The notes below the pieces were generated by a model, which saw only the letters and a program-made list of their open reading frames with translations, was not told the origin of the DNA and made no database searches. The translations under genes and the position numbers were made by a program. From Mobula hypostoma (taxonomy: Eukaryota): 64,000 nucleotides of DNA. The DNA is taken from contig NC_086108.1 in assembly GCF_963921235.1 (NCBI RefSeq), positions 54,562,001 through 54,626,000 on the forward strand. Reading direction: 5' to 3'. Below are positions 60,601 to 64,000 of this stretch, one piece after another (positions within the stretch are counted from its first letter, which is position 1; every line of letters begins with the position of its first letter).

Positions 60601-63600
60601 TCCAGCCTCCAGCCTCGCCTCAAGTCTCCAGCCTCCAGCCTCGCCTCGTCTCCAGCCTCCAGCCTCGCCTCGTCTCCAGCCTCCAGCCTCGCCTCGCCTC
60701 AAGTCTCCAGCCTCCAGCCTCGCCTCGCCTCAAGTCTCCAGCCTCGCCTCGCCTCGCGTCTCCAGCCTCCAGCCTCGCCTCGCGTCTCCAGCCTCCAGCC
60801 TCGCCTCGCCTCAAGTCTCCAGCCTCCAGCCTCGCCTCGCCTCAAGCCTCCAGCCTCCAGCCTCGCCTCGCCTCAAGTCTCCAGCCTCCAGCCTCGCCTC
60901 GCCTCAAGTCTCCAGCCTCGCCTCGCCTCAAGTCTCCAGCCTCCAGCCTCGCCTCGCCTCAAGCCTCCAGCCTCCAGCCTTGCCTCGCCTCAAGTCTCCA
61001 GGCTCCAGCCTCGCCTCGCCTCAAGCCTCCAGCCTCCAGCCTCGCCTCGCCTCAAGCCTCCAGCCTCCAGCCTCGCCTCGCCTCAAGTCTCCAGCCTCCA
61101 GCCTCGCCTCGCCTCAAGTCTCCAGCCTCCAGCCTCGCCTCGCCTCAAGCCTCCAGCCTCGCCTCGCCTCAAGTCTCCAGCCTCGCCTCGCCTCAAGTCT
61201 CCAGCCTCGCCTCGCCTCGCCTCGCCTCAAGTCTCCAGCCTCCAGCCTCGCCTCGCCTCAAGTCTCCAGCCTCCAGCCTCGCCTCAAGTCTCCAGCCTCC
61301 AGCCTCGCCTCGTCTCCAGCCTCCAGCCTCGCCTCGCCTCAAGTCTCCAGCCTCCAGCCTCGCCTCGCCTCGCTTCAAGTCTCCAGCCTCCAGCCTCGCC
61401 TCGCCTCAAGTCTCCAGCCTCCAGCCTCGCCTCAAGTCTCCAGCCTCCAGCCTCGCCTCGTCTCCAGCCTCCAGCCTCGCCTCGCCTCAAGTCTCCAGCC
61501 TCCAGCCTCGCCTCGCCTCAAGTCTCCAGCCTCCAGCCTCGCCTCAAGTCTCCAGCCTCCAGCCTCGCCTCGTCTCCAGCCTCCAGCCTCGCCTCGCCTC
61601 AAGTCTCCAGCCTCCAGCCTCGCCTCGCCTCAAGTCTCCAGCCTCCAGCCGCGCCTCGCCTCGCCGCAAGTCTCCAGCCTCCAGCCTCGCCTCGCCTCAA
61701 GTCTCCAGCCTCCAGCCTCCAGCCTCGCCTCAAGTCTCCAGCCTCCAGCCTCGCCTCGCCTCAAGTCTCCAGCCTCCAGCCTCACCTCGCCTCAAGTCTC
61801 CAGCCTCCAGCCTCGCCTCGCCTCAAGTCTCCAGCCTCCAGCCTCGCCTCGCCTCAAGTCTCCAGCCTCCAGCCTCGCCTCGCCTCAAGTCTCCAGCCTC
61901 CAGCCTCGCCTCGCCTCAAGCCTCCAGCCTCGCCTCGCCTCAAGTCTCCAGCCTCGCCTCGCCTCAAGTCTCCAGCCTCGCCTCGCCTCAAGTCTCCAGC
62001 CTCCAGCCTCGCCTCGCCTCGCCTCAAGTCTCCAGCCTCCAGCCTCGCCTCGCCTCCAGCCTCGCCTCAAGTCTCCAGCCTCCAGCCTCGCCTCGCCTCA
62101 AGTCTCCAGCCTCCAGCCTCACCTCGCCTCAAGTCTCCAGCCTCCAGCCTCGCCTCAAGCCTCCAGCCTCGCCTCGCCTCAAGTCTCCAGCCTCGCCTCG
62201 CCTCAAGTCTCCAGCCTCCAGCCTCGCCTCGCCTCAAGCCTCCAGCCTCGCCTCGCCTCAAGTCTCCAGCCTCCAGCTTCGCCTCGCCTCAAGTCTCCAG
62301 CCTCGCCTCGCCTCAAGTCTCCAGCCTCGCCTCGCCTCAAGTCTCCAGCCTCCAGCCTCGCCTCGCCTCAAGTCTCCAGCCTCCAGCCTCGCCTCGCCTC
62401 AAGTCTCCAGCCTCCAGCCTCGCCTCGCCTCAAGCCTCCAGCCTCGCCTCGCCTCAAGTCTCCAGCCTCGCCTCGCCTCAAGTCTCCAGCCTCGCCTCGC
62501 CTCAAGTCTCCAGCCTCCAGCCTCGCCTCGCCTCGCCTCAAGTCTCCAGCCTCCAGCCTCGCCTCGCCTCCAGCCTCGCCTCAAGTCTCCAGCCTCCAGC
62601 CTCGCCTCGCCTCAAGTCTCCAGCCTCCAGCCTCACCTCGCCTCAAGTCTCCAGCCTCCAGCCTCGCCTCAAGCCTCCAGCCTCGCCTCGCCTCAAGTCT
62701 CCAGCCTCCAGCCTCGCCTCGCCTCAAGCCTCCAGCCTCGCCTCGCCTCAAGTCTCCAGCCTCCAGCTTCGCCTCGCCTCAAGTCTCCAGCCTCGCCTCG
62801 CCTCAAGTCTCCAGCCTCGCCTCGCCTCAAGTCTCCAGCCTCCAGCCTCGCCTCGCCTCGCCTCAAGTCTCCAGCCTCCAGCCTCGCCTCATGTCTCCAG
62901 CCTCCAGCCTCGCCTCGTCTCCAGCCTCCAGCCTCGCCTCGCCTCAAGTCTCCAGCCTCCAGCCTCGCCTCGCCTCAAGTCTCCAGCCTCCAGCCTCGCC
63001 TCGCCTCAAGTCTCCAGCCTCCAGCCTCGCCTCATCTCCAGCCTCCAGCCTCGCCTCGCCTCAAGCCTCCAGCCTCCAGCCTCGCCTCGCCTCGCCTCAA
63101 GTCTCCAGCCTCCAGCCTCGCCTCGCCTCAAGTCTCCAGCCTCCAGCCTCGCCTCGCCTCGCCTCAAGTCTCCAGCCTCCAGCCTCGCCTCGCCTCAAGT
63201 CTCCAGCCTCCAGCCTCGCCTCAAGTCTCCAGCCTCCAGCCTCGCCTCAAGTCTCCAGCCTCCAGCCTCGCCTCGCCTCGCCTCAAGTCTCCAGCCTCCA
63301 GCCTCGCCTCAAGTCTCCAGCCTCCAGCCTCGCCTCAAGTCTCCAGCCTCCAGCCTCGCCTCGCCTCGCCTCAAGTCTCCAGCCTCCAGCCTCGCCTCGC
63401 CTCGCCTCAAGTCTCCAGCCTCCAGCCTCGCCTCAAGTCTCCAGCCTCCAGCCTCGCCTCAAGTCTCCAGCCTCCAGCCTCGCCTCGCCTCGCCTCAAGT
63501 CTCCAGCCTCCAGCCTCGCCTCGCCTCAAGTCTCCAGCCTCCAGCCTCGCCTCAAGTCTCCAGCCTCCAGCCTCGCCTCATCTCCAGCCTCCAGCCTCGC

Positions 63601-64000
63601 CTCGCCTCAAGCCTCCAGCCTCCAGCCTCGCCTCGCCTCGCCTCAAGTCTCCAGCCTCCAGCCTCGCCTCGCCTCAAGTCTCCAGCCTCCAGCCTCGCCT
63701 CGCCTCGCCTCAAGTCTCCAGCCTCCAGCCTCGCCTCGCCTCAAGTCTCCAGCCTCCAGCCTCGCCTCAAGTCTCCAGCCTCCAGCCTCGCCTCAAGTCT
63801 CCAGCCTCCAGCCTCGCCTCGCCTCGCCTCAAGTCTCCAGCCTCCAGCCTCGCCTCGCCTCGCCTCAAGTCTCCAGCCTCCAGCCTCGCCTCAAGTCTCC
63901 AGCCTCCAGCCTCGCCTCAAGTCTCCAGCCTCCAGCCTCGCCTCGCCTCGCCTCAAGTCTCCAGCCTCCAGCCTCGCCTCAAGTCTCCAGCCTCCAGCCT
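57624..64000 (+). repeat. Composite satellite II built from GCCTC, AAGTCTCCA and GCCTCCA modules (common unit 31 bp), more than 6.3 kb
   Basis: Directly visible; frequent unit GCCTCGCCTCGCCTCAAGTCTCCAGCCTCCA; runs to the window end. Confidence 0.98.

Larger units (their letters stand above)
56042..64000 (+). mobile_element. LTR of the 20513-21620 family with very large internal satellite expansions; 3' end lies beyond the window
   Basis: Starts TGTCATAGTCCGGTC (compare TGTCATGGTCCGGTC at 20513) and is colinear for about 200 bp; GGTAAGCCAGGCCGTCTT(T)GCCGTTACC shared between 57437 and 20785. Confidence 0.8.

Overview
Gene-poor, transposon-dense vertebrate DNA. The repeat families suggest a cartilaginous fish (shark or ray); this is inferred, not shown. 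No complete host gene is visible and there is only one weak candidate exon. The window holds many CR1 LINE copies of several subfamilies, a HERO-type non-LTR element with a restriction-like endonuclease (RLE) split by a young CR1, Rex1/Babar LINE 3' ends, a Vingi-like LINE, several decayed Ty3/gypsy elements and solo LTRs, an internally deleted hAT (Tip100-like) transposon, MITE-like elements, and Penelope-type terminal-repeat fragments with hammerhead remnants. A deep nested TE stack at 17.5-31.8 kb can be ordered by target-site duplications (TSDs). Three things stand out. (1) The HERO 3' UTR contains all three hammerhead-core strands in a non-standard order, with two substitutions in this copy. 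(2) An LTR starting at 56042, related to the 1.1-kb solo LTR at 20513-21620, is inflated downstream of its TATA box into more than 7 kb of modular satellite with higher-order repeats. (3) The same LTR family carries a tandemly repeated hairpin with covarying stems.
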